Assembly (NCBI GenBank): GCA_037128175.1
Contig: JBAXWY010000003.1
Location: 1-64,000 of the forward strand
Origin: Methanothrix sp.
GTDB taxonomy: Archaea; Halobacteriota; Methanosarcinia; Methanotrichales; Methanotrichaceae
Direction of reading: 5' to 3'
Length of the DNA: 64,000 nt
Shown: piece by piece, positions 50,543 through 59,024 of the stretch
Position numbering within the stretch: position 1 is the stretch's first letter
Layout of the letters: every line of letters begins with the position of its first letter
Translations under genes and position numbers: made by a program
The notes under the pieces: model-generated
What the model saw: the letters and a program-made list of their open reading frames with translations, nothing else
Database searches by the model: none
Told to the model about the DNA's origin: nothing

Positions 50543-51580
50543 ATGCGCGTCCTGAAGAAGAATCTGCGAGGCGACGAAGGGGAGATTGCCCTGCTCCCTG
50601 AATCGCTGGATGATTTATGGCATCTACAGCACTTGATTTCGAGGGGCGATCTGGTCTTTGCCCTCACGCACCGCAAGGTTCCAGCCATTGCCGACAAGGC
50701 GCGCCCGGAGAAGATGGAGAGAAAGACGGTGCGCCTGGGAGTCAAGGTGGAAGATGTCGAGTTTCATATGTATTCCAACTGGCTGCGCCTGCACGGCATT
50801 ATCAAGTCGGGCATGGATGTGGGGGCATACCATACTCTGAATATCGAGGTGGGAACGGATCTGTCCATCCTCAAGTACCACTGGAGGCCGGACCTTCTGG
50901 CACGCATTGATGAGGCGGTAGCCGAGTCGCAAAGACCGCGAGTGATCATTGCGCTGGTGGAGGAGGGCGAGGCCACCATCGGTGTTTTGCGCCAGTTTGG
51001 GGTGCAGATGGCGGCAGAGATACGACAGGGCAGCGGAAAAGGCAGTGGTGAAGACACGCGCGCCGGCTTTATGCGAGATGTGGCAGCAGCAATTGATACG
51101 ACGGCAAAGGATGGCGCAGAGGTAATCCTGGCGGGACCAGGGTTTACCAAAGAGGATTTAAAGAAGGTTATCGACTCCAGCCTTCCCGATTTGGCCAAGA
51201 GAATTGCCATGGATGATACCTCGTCCATCGGGCGATCCGGATTTCAGGAGGTCCTACGTCGCGGTGCGGTAAAGAGCGTTCTTGAATCCAGCCGCATAGC
51301 CAGGGAAGCAAAGCTTATTGAAGACCTCTTCCGGGAGATCGCCACGAACGGCAAAGCCGCCTACGGCATAAAAGAGGTGGAAACCGCCAAGAACTACGGC
51401 GCGATTGAAAAGCTGCTGGTATTAGATGAGCTGGCCCGCCGGGGAAGGGTGGATGAGATTATGCGCGAAGTGGCCGATGCCCGGGGAAAGGTAGTGATCT
51501 TCAGCTCGGAGTTTGAACCGGGAGATCGGCTGCGCTCTTTGGGCGGCGTGGCGGCACTGCTTCGATTCAAGATCGCCTGA
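50543..51580 (+). CDS. pelA: mRNA surveillance protein pelota
   Basis: PESLDDLWHL, LRLHG.I, G.YHTL, AGPGF.K and LGGVAALLRF. Confidence 0.95.
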   Translation: MRVLKKNLRGDEGEIALLPESLDDLWHLQHLISRGDLVFALTHRKVPAIADKARPEKMERKTVRLGVKVEDVEFHMYSNWLRLHGIIKSGMDVGAYHTLNIEVGTDLSILKYHWRPDLLARIDEAVAESQRPRVIIALVEEGEATIGVLRQFGVQMAAEIRQGSGKGSGEDTRAGFMRDVAAAIDTTAKDGAEVILAGPGFTKEDLKKVIDSSLPDLAKRIAMDDTSSIGRSGFQEVLRRGAVKSVLESSRIAREAKLIEDLFREIATNGKAAYGIKEVETAKNYGAIEKLLVLDELARRGRVDEIMREVADARGKVVIFSSEFEPGDRLRSLGGVAALLRFKIA

Positions 51581-51585
51581 AAGGT

Positions 51586-52386
51586 GTGAAACCGAAAATG
51601 ACCAAGTGCGACAAATGCCAACGCGGTGCCATTATCTATCAGAGGTACTCGGGCAAGCATCTATGCAGGGAGCATTTTGAAGAGGACGTGCACCGCAAGA
51701 TAAAGGAAGGTCTGCGCAAAACCGGTCTCTTCGGCCCCGGCTCGCGCATAGCCGTGGGCCTGGATGGGGGGAGAAAGAGCGCTACGTTAGCATTTGTTCT
51801 CAAGAATCTCTTTATTCACCGAAGGGATATCGATCTATTGGCAGTCATCATCGATGAAGGAAAAAAATCAGGCCCAACCGCAGACCAGGCCCGCCATGTG
51901 GCAGAGAAATTTGGTCTCCCCTACATTGTAAAGAGCCTGCCGCTTCTGTCTGATCATGAACAGACCCACATCGTCCACTCTGCCCGGAAGAGGGAGCTTT
52001 TTTTTGGCACGGCAAAGGAGAATGGAGCCGGCATTCTCGCCACCGGCGAGACCCTGGATGATGAGGCCCTGGAGATCTTCATAAGCTATCTGCAGGGCGA
52101 TGTAGATGCAGTCGTACGGGAAGGCTCAGAGCAAGAAGAGCAGAGTGTCGCCTGGATAAAGCCGCTGCGGCGTATTCCCGAAAAAGAGGTGCGGCTTTAT
52201 GCCATCGGACGCGATCTGGGGTTTGAGAATGCCGCTGATTTGTCCAATACCGATACCTTGCGAGCGACTGGAAAGCGGCTGCTTTGCGGCTTTGACCGGC
52301 GCCATCCCGGCACGAATTATTCCTTGCTTCGCGGCCAGGAAAAATGTCCTGCACATGAAAGGGCCCGGCAAGGGCAAAGCCTTTAA
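51586..52386 (+). CDS. degenerate TtuA/NcsA (TIGR00269)-like PP-loop protein
   Basis: N-terminal CxxC...C..HF, IDEG, ATG..LDDEA, IKPL..IPEKEV.LYA and HPG. Confidence 0.75.
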   Translation: MKPKMTKCDKCQRGAIIYQRYSGKHLCREHFEEDVHRKIKEGLRKTGLFGPGSRIAVGLDGGRKSATLAFVLKNLFIHRRDIDLLAVIIDEGKKSGPTADQARHVAEKFGLPYIVKSLPLLSDHEQTHIVHSARKRELFFGTAKENGAGILATGETLDDEALEIFISYLQGDVDAVVREGSEQEEQSVAWIKPLRRIPEKEVRLYAIGRDLGFENAADLSNTDTLRATGKRLLCGFDRRHPGTNYSLLRGQEKCPAHERARQGQSL

Positions 52387-52415
52387 GTAAAGATGGAAAA
52401 TACGTCGAGCCTAGC

Positions 52416-52490
52416 GCCTCGGTAGCTCAGCTGGTCCAGAGCGATTGACTTGTAATCAATAGGTCGCGTGTTCGAATCACGCTCGGGGCT
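52416..52490 (+). tRNA. tRNA-Thr(TGT)
   Basis: GCCTCGG acceptor; ATTGA-CTTGTAA-TCAAT arm; GTTCGAATC T-loop; TTTAAGTA TATA at 52382; oligo-T downstream. Confidence 0.95.
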
Positions 52491-52832
52491 TTTTCCTTAC
52501 CATATATTTTTCGAAATTATGTAAAAAAAGTCATAATCTTTGGTTGTTTTATTACAGAGATCCACGCAATGGACAATAGAGATAAAGACCTGAATTTTTC
52601 GTTCAGGCCTTCTTTACCTTCTTCATATCCAGCCTGGTTTTGCACCTGGGACAGGCCTTAGGTTTATTTACTCTCGTCTCCCATCCATAATGACATTTGG
52701 GGCATCTCATCTGTTTCATATTAATACAGTTGTAATAAGAGTATTAATAACTTTCGATTGTATATGATTACCCTTACTACTCTGGTAAGCGCAAAGCCTA
52801 TAATTGAATGGACGTGGTAAATACAGAATTTC

Positions 52833-53312
52833 ATGAACGAGATTTTGGAGATTCTTTCTGAAAACGCCAAGGCAACCTCTTCCGAGATCGCGGCCCTTCT
52901 GGGCAGACCCGAGGCGGATGTAGCCAAAGAGATCCGGGAGCTGGAAGACGCTGGCGTTATAAGAAAGTACATCACTCTGATCAACTGGGAGAAGCTCGAC
53001 CTGAGCTATGTCTTCGCCGTTTTGGAGCTGAAGGTAGCGCTGCAGCGAAAGACGGGCTACGACGCCGTGGCGGAGAGAATCGCCAACTTCTCGGAGGTAG
53101 AGTCGGTGCGCCTCATCTCGGGAGATCACGACCTATCCGTCACCGTGCGAGGCAAGTCCATGAAAGACATCGCCTACTTCGTGGCGGAGAAGATCGCGCC
53201 CCTGGAAGGCGTTCAATCGACTTGCACCCACTTCATCCTTAGGAGCTACAAAGAGCACGGCGTCATTCTAACCGAAAAGCAGAGGCCCCAGAGATTGGTG
53301 ATTACTCCATGA
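52833..53312 (+). CDS. Lrp/AsnC family transcriptional regulator
   Basis: N-terminal HTH, LE..GVI..Y, SGD.DL and T.THF.L. Confidence 0.92.
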   Translation: MNEILEILSENAKATSSEIAALLGRPEADVAKEIRELEDAGVIRKYITLINWEKLDLSYVFAVLELKVALQRKTGYDAVAERIANFSEVESVRLISGDHDLSVTVRGKSMKDIAYFVAEKIAPLEGVQSTCTHFILRSYKEHGVILTEKQRPQRLVITP

Positions 53313-54508
53313 AGCAGAGCCAAAAAAACGTATCCATAGCCGCCTGGAATGCCGAGCAGCATTTAAATCAGGTTGTCAAAGACATGCCCCCCTCGGGCAT
53401 TAGAAAATTCTTCGATCTGGTGAGCGAGATGAAGGGGGCGATCTCTTTAGGTGTGGGAGAGCCGGACTTTGTCACGCCCTGGCATGTGCGCGAGGCCTGC
53501 ATCTATTCACTGGAGTCGGGAATCACCCACTACACCTCCAATAAAGGCATGCCCGAGCTTAGGGAGGTTATCAGCGAAACAGTACGCACTGAGCAGGGTC
53601 TTGATTACGATCCAATCGAGCAGATACTGATCACCACTGGTGTCAGCGAAGCGGTTGACCTGGCCTTTCGCGCTACCCTAAACCCTGGCGACGAGGTCAT
53701 TGTGCCAGAACCCTGCTATGTGGCCTACACCCCAGACATCCTTCTGGCCGGAGGAGTGGCGCGGACGGTTCCCACCCGCCTGGAGGATGAGTTCCGGCTG
53801 CAACCGGAGGATGTTGCTGCGGCCGTGAACGACAAGACCCGCGCCCTGCTGCTCAGCTACCCCAACAATCCCACGGGGGCGATTATGACCCGCTCCGACC
53901 TGGAAGATCTGGCCGACGTTGTTGTCGAGAACGATCTTCTCGTCATATCCGATGAGGTTTATGCCAAGCTCACCTATTCGGGCAGCCATGTCAGCTTCGC
54001 CCAGCTGGAGGGCATGCAGGAGAGGACGGTCATCCTGAACGGTCTATCCAAGTCGCATGCCATGACCGGCTGGCGCGTAGGCTACGTGCTGGGCGATGCG
54101 GCACTGGTGGGGGCCATGACCAAGGTGCATCAGTACACTATGCTCAGCGCGCCTACCATGGCCCAGGTGGCGGCTTTAGAAGCCATGCAGAAGGGCGAGG
54201 TGGAAATGCTGCAAATGAAGCACGAGTATGACCTGCGCCGGCGCATGTTCGTCTCCGGCCTAAACCGCATCGGTCTGGACTGCTTCGAGCCCAGAGGTGC
54301 CTTTTACGCCTTCCCCTCCGTGAAAGCCTGGGGGCTTTCCTCAGAGGAATTCGCGGAGCGGCTCCTCAAAGAGCAGAAGGTGGCGGTGGTGCCGGGCAGC
54401 GTCTTCGGGCCGAGCGGTGAAGGATTCCTGCGCTGCAGCTATGCCACATCCCGGGGGGAGCTGATTGAGGCGCTGGACAGGATAGAGATATTCCTCTCCA
54501 GCCTTTAA
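53309..54508 (+). CDS. class I/II PLP-dependent aminotransferase
   Basis: SLGVGEPDF, PNNPTG, SDEVY, SKSHAMTGWRVG and GAFY.F. Confidence 0.93.
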   Translation: MKQSQKNVSIAAWNAEQHLNQVVKDMPPSGIRKFFDLVSEMKGAISLGVGEPDFVTPWHVREACIYSLESGITHYTSNKGMPELREVISETVRTEQGLDYDPIEQILITTGVSEAVDLAFRATLNPGDEVIVPEPCYVAYTPDILLAGGVARTVPTRLEDEFRLQPEDVAAAVNDKTRALLLSYPNNPTGAIMTRSDLEDLADVVVENDLLVISDEVYAKLTYSGSHVSFAQLEGMQERTVILNGLSKSHAMTGWRVGYVLGDAALVGAMTKVHQYTMLSAPTMAQVAALEAMQKGEVEMLQMKHEYDLRRRMFVSGLNRIGLDCFEPRGAFYAFPSVKAWGLSSEEFAERLLKEQKVAVVPGSVFGPSGEGFLRCSYATSRGELIEALDRIEIFLSSL

Positions 54509-54532
54509 AATTTGATTTCGAGACGATGAAAA

Positions 54533-55141
54533 ATGCTTAAAGCAAAATTCAACTCGGAGCAGACGGACCGGTTAGCAGGCGGGCTGGCCGCTTTGGGCCT
54601 CTCCCCCAATGCCTGGACGATGCTCTCCCTGGTCCCGGCGCTGGGGGGAATGGCGGCCCTGATGGACGGACGGCTGGCCTGGGGGCTGGTGCTCTTCGCC
54701 CTGTCCGCCTTTCTCGACATCGTGGACGGGACGGTGGCCCGCGTAACAAATCAGGCCACGGCCACGGGAGCTTTTCTGGACGGGGTGGTGGACCGGTATG
54801 TGGAGCTCTTGCTCTACCTGGGGCTGCTCTTCTACTTAGGAAGAGGCGAGTTTCTCGGCCTGCCTTATGAGGCCTGGTTTATGCTGCTCTTCTTCGGTTC
54901 GCTCATGACTACCTTCGTGCGGGCCTATGCCGATCACCGGGGCATTGTAAAGGGCGAGGCGGAGCTGAAGAAGATGGGAGGTCTCCTGGAGCGATTTGAG
55001 AGGCTTATGCTGCTTTATGCGGGAATGTTCCTGGGGCTTTTCCATACAGAGTGGCTGGTAGTAGTAATAGTAATAACAGTGGTGCTGGCCAATGCCACGG
55101 CGCTGCAGAGGATAGCGTTTGCCTTCAGGCATGAAAATTGA
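54533..55141 (+). CDS. CDP-alcohol phosphatidyltransferase (archaetidylinositol phosphate synthase-like)
   Basis: DIVDG.VAR......GAFLD...DR motif. Confidence 0.9.
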   Translation: MLKAKFNSEQTDRLAGGLAALGLSPNAWTMLSLVPALGGMAALMDGRLAWGLVLFALSAFLDIVDGTVARVTNQATATGAFLDGVVDRYVELLLYLGLLFYLGRGEFLGLPYEAWFMLLFFGSLMTTFVRAYADHRGIVKGEAELKKMGGLLERFERLMLLYAGMFLGLFHTEWLVVVIVITVVLANATALQRIAFAFRHEN

Positions 55142-55329
55142 CGCAAATGATATACATGCGGGATAGTTTTGAGCATAAAAACAGGGGGCTGAATATACCC
55201 TATGACATTGAAGAGCCCGAGGACATCACTGAATCTCTCATGAGGCTCTCAGAGCTATCACTACACGATTTCTTGGCGACCGAGCCGGATATCTATACTT
55301 TCAGCGATTTGAAAGTCAGATATCGATGA
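55138..55329 (+). CDS. small antitoxin-like protein; downstream toxin apparently deleted
   Basis: LSE.SL.DFL..EPDIYT.SDLKVRYR tail; ATGA-coupled MKGD start that breaks off. Confidence 0.5.
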   Translation: MTQMIYMRDSFEHKNRGLNIPYDIEEPEDITESLMRLSELSLHDFLATEPDIYTFSDLKVRYR

Positions 55330-55342
55330 AAGGAGACTGGTA

Positions 55343-55486
55343 TCAGTCAAGGACCTTGTACTTCTTTCGGGCAAGCCTATCTGCCTCTTCTTCGATCTCC
55401 GCTTCCAGCCGGTCAAGGTCTACATTCTTAGCCTTCTCGATGATATCCTAGATCATGGCGTGCGTATCGACTTTTGCAGAGGGCAT
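55343..55486 (-). pseudogene. antitoxin-like relic with in-frame TAG, overlapping a PIN-toxin-like N-terminal stub
   Basis: MPSAKVDTHAMI*DIIEKAKNVDLDRLEAEIEEEADRLARKKYKVLD; the overlapping frame reads LPERSTRSLTDT. Confidence 0.45.
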
Positions 55487-55520
55487 GATATCACTCTTGC
55501 ATCCCATATTTGGGAAATGA

Positions 55521-55958
55521 TCATATTAAGACTTTTACACTCCCACATAAAATTGATTCTTTTTCCGATTGAAGTTGTTCTTCGGTTGATGAAGGATATG
55601 ACATTGAAACATTCTGCATAATCTCGACATCAGAGTTTATGTGCTTCGAAGCATAAAGATCAGATATAGCGTCATCCAGCTCGATAAGCTTTTTTGCGAT
55701 GGGATTTTTTTTATTTAGCTTGTACATCCTGGCCCGGCCCACTTCTCGCGTCTGGACAACCAGTTCTAAAGCCTCCAGACCGGGCCAGACGTTGAAAAGT
55801 GTGCCGCGGGAGAGATCAGATCCTTTGGCAATTTCCGTCTTGGAGTAATCGGATCCGACATTATCCATGAGAAAGTCTAATATCTTAAGCACAGGACTCT
55901 TCTTGCCGAAGGCCTGGAGGAAGAGAGATTCACCCAAAGGATCACCCAAAGATATCAC
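55521..55958 (-). CDS. winged-helix transcriptional regulator
   Basis: FG...VLKILDFL....DYSKTEIA..S.LSR.TL...W..L and R.VGRA.MY.LN; start inferred. Confidence 0.75.
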   Translation of the reverse strand: MISLGDPLGESLFLQAFGKKSPVLKILDFLMDNVGSDYSKTEIAKGSDLSRGTLFNVWPGLEALELVVQTREVGRARMYKLNKKNPIAKKLIELDDAISDLYASKHINSDVEIMQNVSMSYPSSTEEQLQSEKESILCGSVKVLI

Positions 55959-56012
55959 CGTATAATGGAATGGATGGATTGGTTGAAAAGATTGCCATCG
56001 AAGTTTAAAATT

Positions 56013-56160
56013 ATGAACTCCAATAAAATTAACTGGATAAAAGCAAAAATACTGCATAAATTGCACAGACACGGCTACTGGGGTGGAAGGCATACCAGCC
56101 TCGATAATCTTCCCAAGGGATTTGAGAAAAGCCTTCGCGGAGAGGTCAAAGAAGCGGCCG
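56013..56160 (+). pseudogene. truncated small basic protein divergent from the wHTH gene
   Basis: KAKILHKLHRHGYWGGRHTSLDNLPKGF, abruptly joined to an RM fragment where GC content rises. Confidence 0.5.
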
Positions 56161-56604
56161 AGGCCCATCCAGGCGAGGACTACTACCGACGCGCCGTAGC
56201 TGTGGGCGATGCCAAGTCCTGGAAGATCCAGTTGGACAAGAGCCGCAAGGGCCAGGGAAGCTTCGAGATGCAAAATCCCAGCTTCCAGATCGATGTTTAC
56301 CTGCGGGACACGCCGCCCAAGTGGGCCTATTCTCACCTCGGGCCGGATCTGGCGGCTTTGCTACGAGCACGATTACGAGGGCTTTTTGGCGGTGCTCAAA
56401 AGGAACAGCAAGAAGCTGCAAGTCGATCCGGCCAGACGGGAGCCTGCACAGGCGCTGCGGGCCGAGTTCGAGGGGTCGATGGGCAAACTCGCGCCCTTGA
56501 GGGAGCGGATCAGGCAGACGGACGAGCTGATCGATGCGACGGTGTACAGGCTGTACGGACTGACGGAAGAGGAGATCGGGATTGTGCGGGGAGAAACTCG
56601 TTAG
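56160..56604 (+). pseudogene. internally deleted type IIG (Eco57I-like) restriction-modification gene
   Basis: Nuclease-region motifs DAKSW...NPSFQIDVYL..PKWA/ILTSGRIWRL fused directly to the C-terminal DELIDATVYRLYGLTEEEIGIV. Confidence 0.75.
56362..56586 (+). repeat. 225-bp direct repeat copy 1 (RM gene 3' end)
   Basis: 10 mismatches versus 57912-58136 by manual comparison. Confidence 0.95.
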
Positions 56605-56666
56605 ATCCGGATGGATAAAAACAAATAAGTACTGAGAATGGAAAATAAGATTTGGAGTTCACCTGT

Positions 56667-56813
56667 ATGGCCAGACCTATTGAGCTCGGATTGATCCTGG
56701 AAGGAGAAGACGCCGAGGAGTTTATAGAAGATCTGCTTCATCCCAAAGTCAGTGAAAAGAAAGTGTGCATACTTAAGAAAGCTCAGGAAATCTACAAGGC
56801 GCATCCGGTTTGA
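56667..56813 (+). CDS. 48-aa antitoxin-like protein upstream of GNAT
   Basis: MARPIELGLILEGEDAEEFIEDLLHPKVSEKKVCILKKAQEIYKAHPV; GGAG SD; paralog at 137-283. Confidence 0.78.
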   Translation: MARPIELGLILEGEDAEEFIEDLLHPKVSEKKVCILKKAQEIYKAHPV

Positions 56814-56818
56814 ATCAG

Positions 56819-57565
56819 ATGGAGGGCATCTCTCACACACAGCTTCGTATTGCGAGCTTGAGAGAGGAGAATGATTTAGCATATTTCAGCTCAAAAAGTG
56901 ATGAGCTAAACGATTTCCTGAAAAGCGATGCACTAAAGGCTCAAAATGATCTGATAAGCAGGACTTATTTGTGCTTTTGGAAAGGAACTCTCGTAGGGTT
57001 CGTTACGTTGACCACCGATACAATTGGATACAATTTAGTAGAGCAGTGCGATGGAATTGATGGATACGCTTATCAAAAATATCCTGCAATAAAGATAGCA
57101 CGACTTGCGGTTGATGACAGATACAAACGACGTGGCATCGGGGAGAATCTACTACTTTGGGCGGTGGGCAAAGCCTACGAGATTTCAAACCAAATAGGCT
57201 GCCGATACATAACCGTGGATGCAAAACGTGAATCGATAAATTTTTATACAAAATATGAATTTAAAATAATAAAGAAGCTTAAGGATCGAGATTTTCCACC
57301 CATGTATTTTAATCTGTACTCTGCAGATAAAAAAGACAAGCAAAACGAGCAGATAGCAAACGAAGAAAACATAAGTGAAGACGAAAGACTAAAGGTCATG
57401 GGAATTGAAGCCCTAAACAATGCCTTAGGTCTGCAAAATGCTCTGCGTTTCTTGGCTATCTTTCAGAACCATCCGACTTGTTACGCCGAAATCTCAAGAA
57501 TGCTTTATGAAGGACAAAGCATCGAAGATATTTTCAAGCGGGGCAAAGAACACTGGCGAGAATGA
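56819..57565 (+). CDS. GNAT acetyltransferase (toxin-type) with C-terminal extra domain
   Basis: F.S....LNDFLK.DA, YPAIKIARLAVD..Y.R.GIG, GCRYITVDAK and FY.KY.F. Confidence 0.88.
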   Translation: MEGISHTQLRIASLREENDLAYFSSKSDELNDFLKSDALKAQNDLISRTYLCFWKGTLVGFVTLTTDTIGYNLVEQCDGIDGYAYQKYPAIKIARLAVDDRYKRRGIGENLLLWAVGKAYEISNQIGCRYITVDAKRESINFYTKYEFKIIKKLKDRDFPPMYFNLYSADKKDKQNEQIANEENISEDERLKVMGIEALNNALGLQNALRFLAIFQNHPTCYAEISRMLYEGQSIEDIFKRGKEHWRE

Positions 57566-57599
57566 ATTCGAAAATCTAACCGTTCCTAAAACCATGGAA

Positions 57600-58151
57600 T
57601 TTACTTGGATGGTCGATTCCGCCACCCCTGAGCCCGCCCGGGAGTGGAGATGCAACAGCTCTACGCCGAGGAAAAATTCACGGGAATCTTGCCCCCCTGG
57701 CAAAAGCCTGCCCAAAGACGAGGCTGGCAACTTCATCGCCGAACAGGAGCGTTCGGACCTGGTGCACGACCTGCTGGCCTTCCTGGCGGAAAGAATGCTG
57801 GAGATGAACAAAGAGAAGCAAACGGAGATCAAAGGCTTCCTGGGCTGGCTGGAGAGCTACCTGGGTGCAAAGGTGGAGGACCTCACGCCCAAGACAAAGC
57901 TGCAGAGCTATTACGAGCACGATTACGAGGGCTTTTTGGCGGTGCTCAAAAGGAACAGCAAGAAGCTGGCTGTCGATCCGGCCAGACGGGAGCCCTCGCA
58001 GGCGCTGCGGGCCGAGTTCGAGGGGTCGATGGGCAAACTCGCGCCCTTGCGGGAACGGATCAGGAAGACGGACGAGCTGATCGATGCGACGGTGTACAGG
58101 CTGTACGAACTGACGGAAGAGGAGATCGGGATTGTGGAAGGGAAGGCTTGA
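57600..58151 (+). pseudogene. C-terminal fragment of a type IIG restriction-modification gene
   Basis: SDLVHDLLAFLAERMLEMNK...DELIDATVYRLYELTEEEIGIVEG; high GC; no intact 5' part. Confidence 0.78.
57912..58136 (+). repeat. 225-bp direct repeat copy 2 (RM gene 3' end)
   Basis: Matches 56362-56586. Confidence 0.95.
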
Positions 58152-58321
58152 TATGTGGACGATGCTGTTCGGTAATTTGTTGATTCAATATTTTAATGAT
58201 ACAGTCGATTGCGATACAGATATATACTCGTGTGGATTAATTAATACGACATTAGAGACATTATCGAAAAATAAAAATCTAAAAAATGTATGGTCGGAAT
58301 TACTTTGAGAGGGGACTAAAC

Positions 58322-59023
58322 ATGAGCGTGTTGTCCGATGTCAGGCTATTAGAAAAGATATACGATAGAGAACTCAAAATAGAGCCATTCGTCTTCGACA
58401 ATATCCAGCCCTCTTCCATCGATTTGACCCTGGATAATCGAATACGAACTCCTAAGAGCGGCATCAAGTTAAATGCATTTAATGCCGATATCAAGGAGTG
58501 CTTTGAAGAGAGGATTCTTGATGAGTACACACTCAAACCGGGAGATTTCATCATCGGCCAGGTTAAGGAAAACATCGGCCTTTCCAAAAGGATGACCGGG
58601 CTCATTCAAAATAGAAACAGCCTGATTCGTCTGGGAATAAACGTAGGACTATCATCTTACATAAATCCTGGCTACTTTGGTCAATTGCCCATCGTTATCC
58701 ACAATTTGGGAAGTTTTTCCGTGGATCTAGTTCCTGGGATGAGGATCTGTCAGCTAGTCATATTTGATGTTGAACCAGATCCCGAAAGAGATTACAGTCA
58801 AAGAAAAGACGCCAAATATCTGGGAGAAAGCGACGTCGGGTTGTCCAAATTGTACATGGATGTGGAAGTTGGCGAATATTTAAAAGAGTACAATAAAAAG
58901 AGCACCAAAGAGATCGATAAAAAGGAACTTATTGATTTCTTGGAACAAAGGATAAAAGCGAAGGCAATCGATGCACTGAAAGATCTGACGAACGAAGAAA
59001 AACAGAAGATTGGTCTGCTATAA
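58322..59023 (+). CDS. dCTP deaminase/dUTPase-fold protein, catalytic residues substituted, with C-terminal extension
   Basis: LSD, IQPSSIDL.L, L.PG.F, R.SL.RLG, PGMRICQL and AKY; low GC. Confidence 0.85.
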   Translation: MSVLSDVRLLEKIYDRELKIEPFVFDNIQPSSIDLTLDNRIRTPKSGIKLNAFNADIKECFEERILDEYTLKPGDFIIGQVKENIGLSKRMTGLIQNRNSLIRLGINVGLSSYINPGYFGQLPIVIHNLGSFSVDLVPGMRICQLVIFDVEPDPERDYSQRKDAKYLGESDVGLSKLYMDVEVGEYLKEYNKKSTKEIDKKELIDFLEQRIKAKAIDALKDLTNEEKQKIGLL

Positions 59024-59024
59024 A

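Noticed and set aside
55448-55450. In-frame TAG as a pyrrolysine codon
   Set aside because: It lies in a decayed TA relic, Methanothrix is not known to encode Pyl, and no pyl genes are present here.
55959-56618. Track ORFs 55521-56336 (N-terminal half) and 55965-56618 as intact genes
   Set aside because: Chimeric read-throughs across the truncated gene and RM relic junctions.
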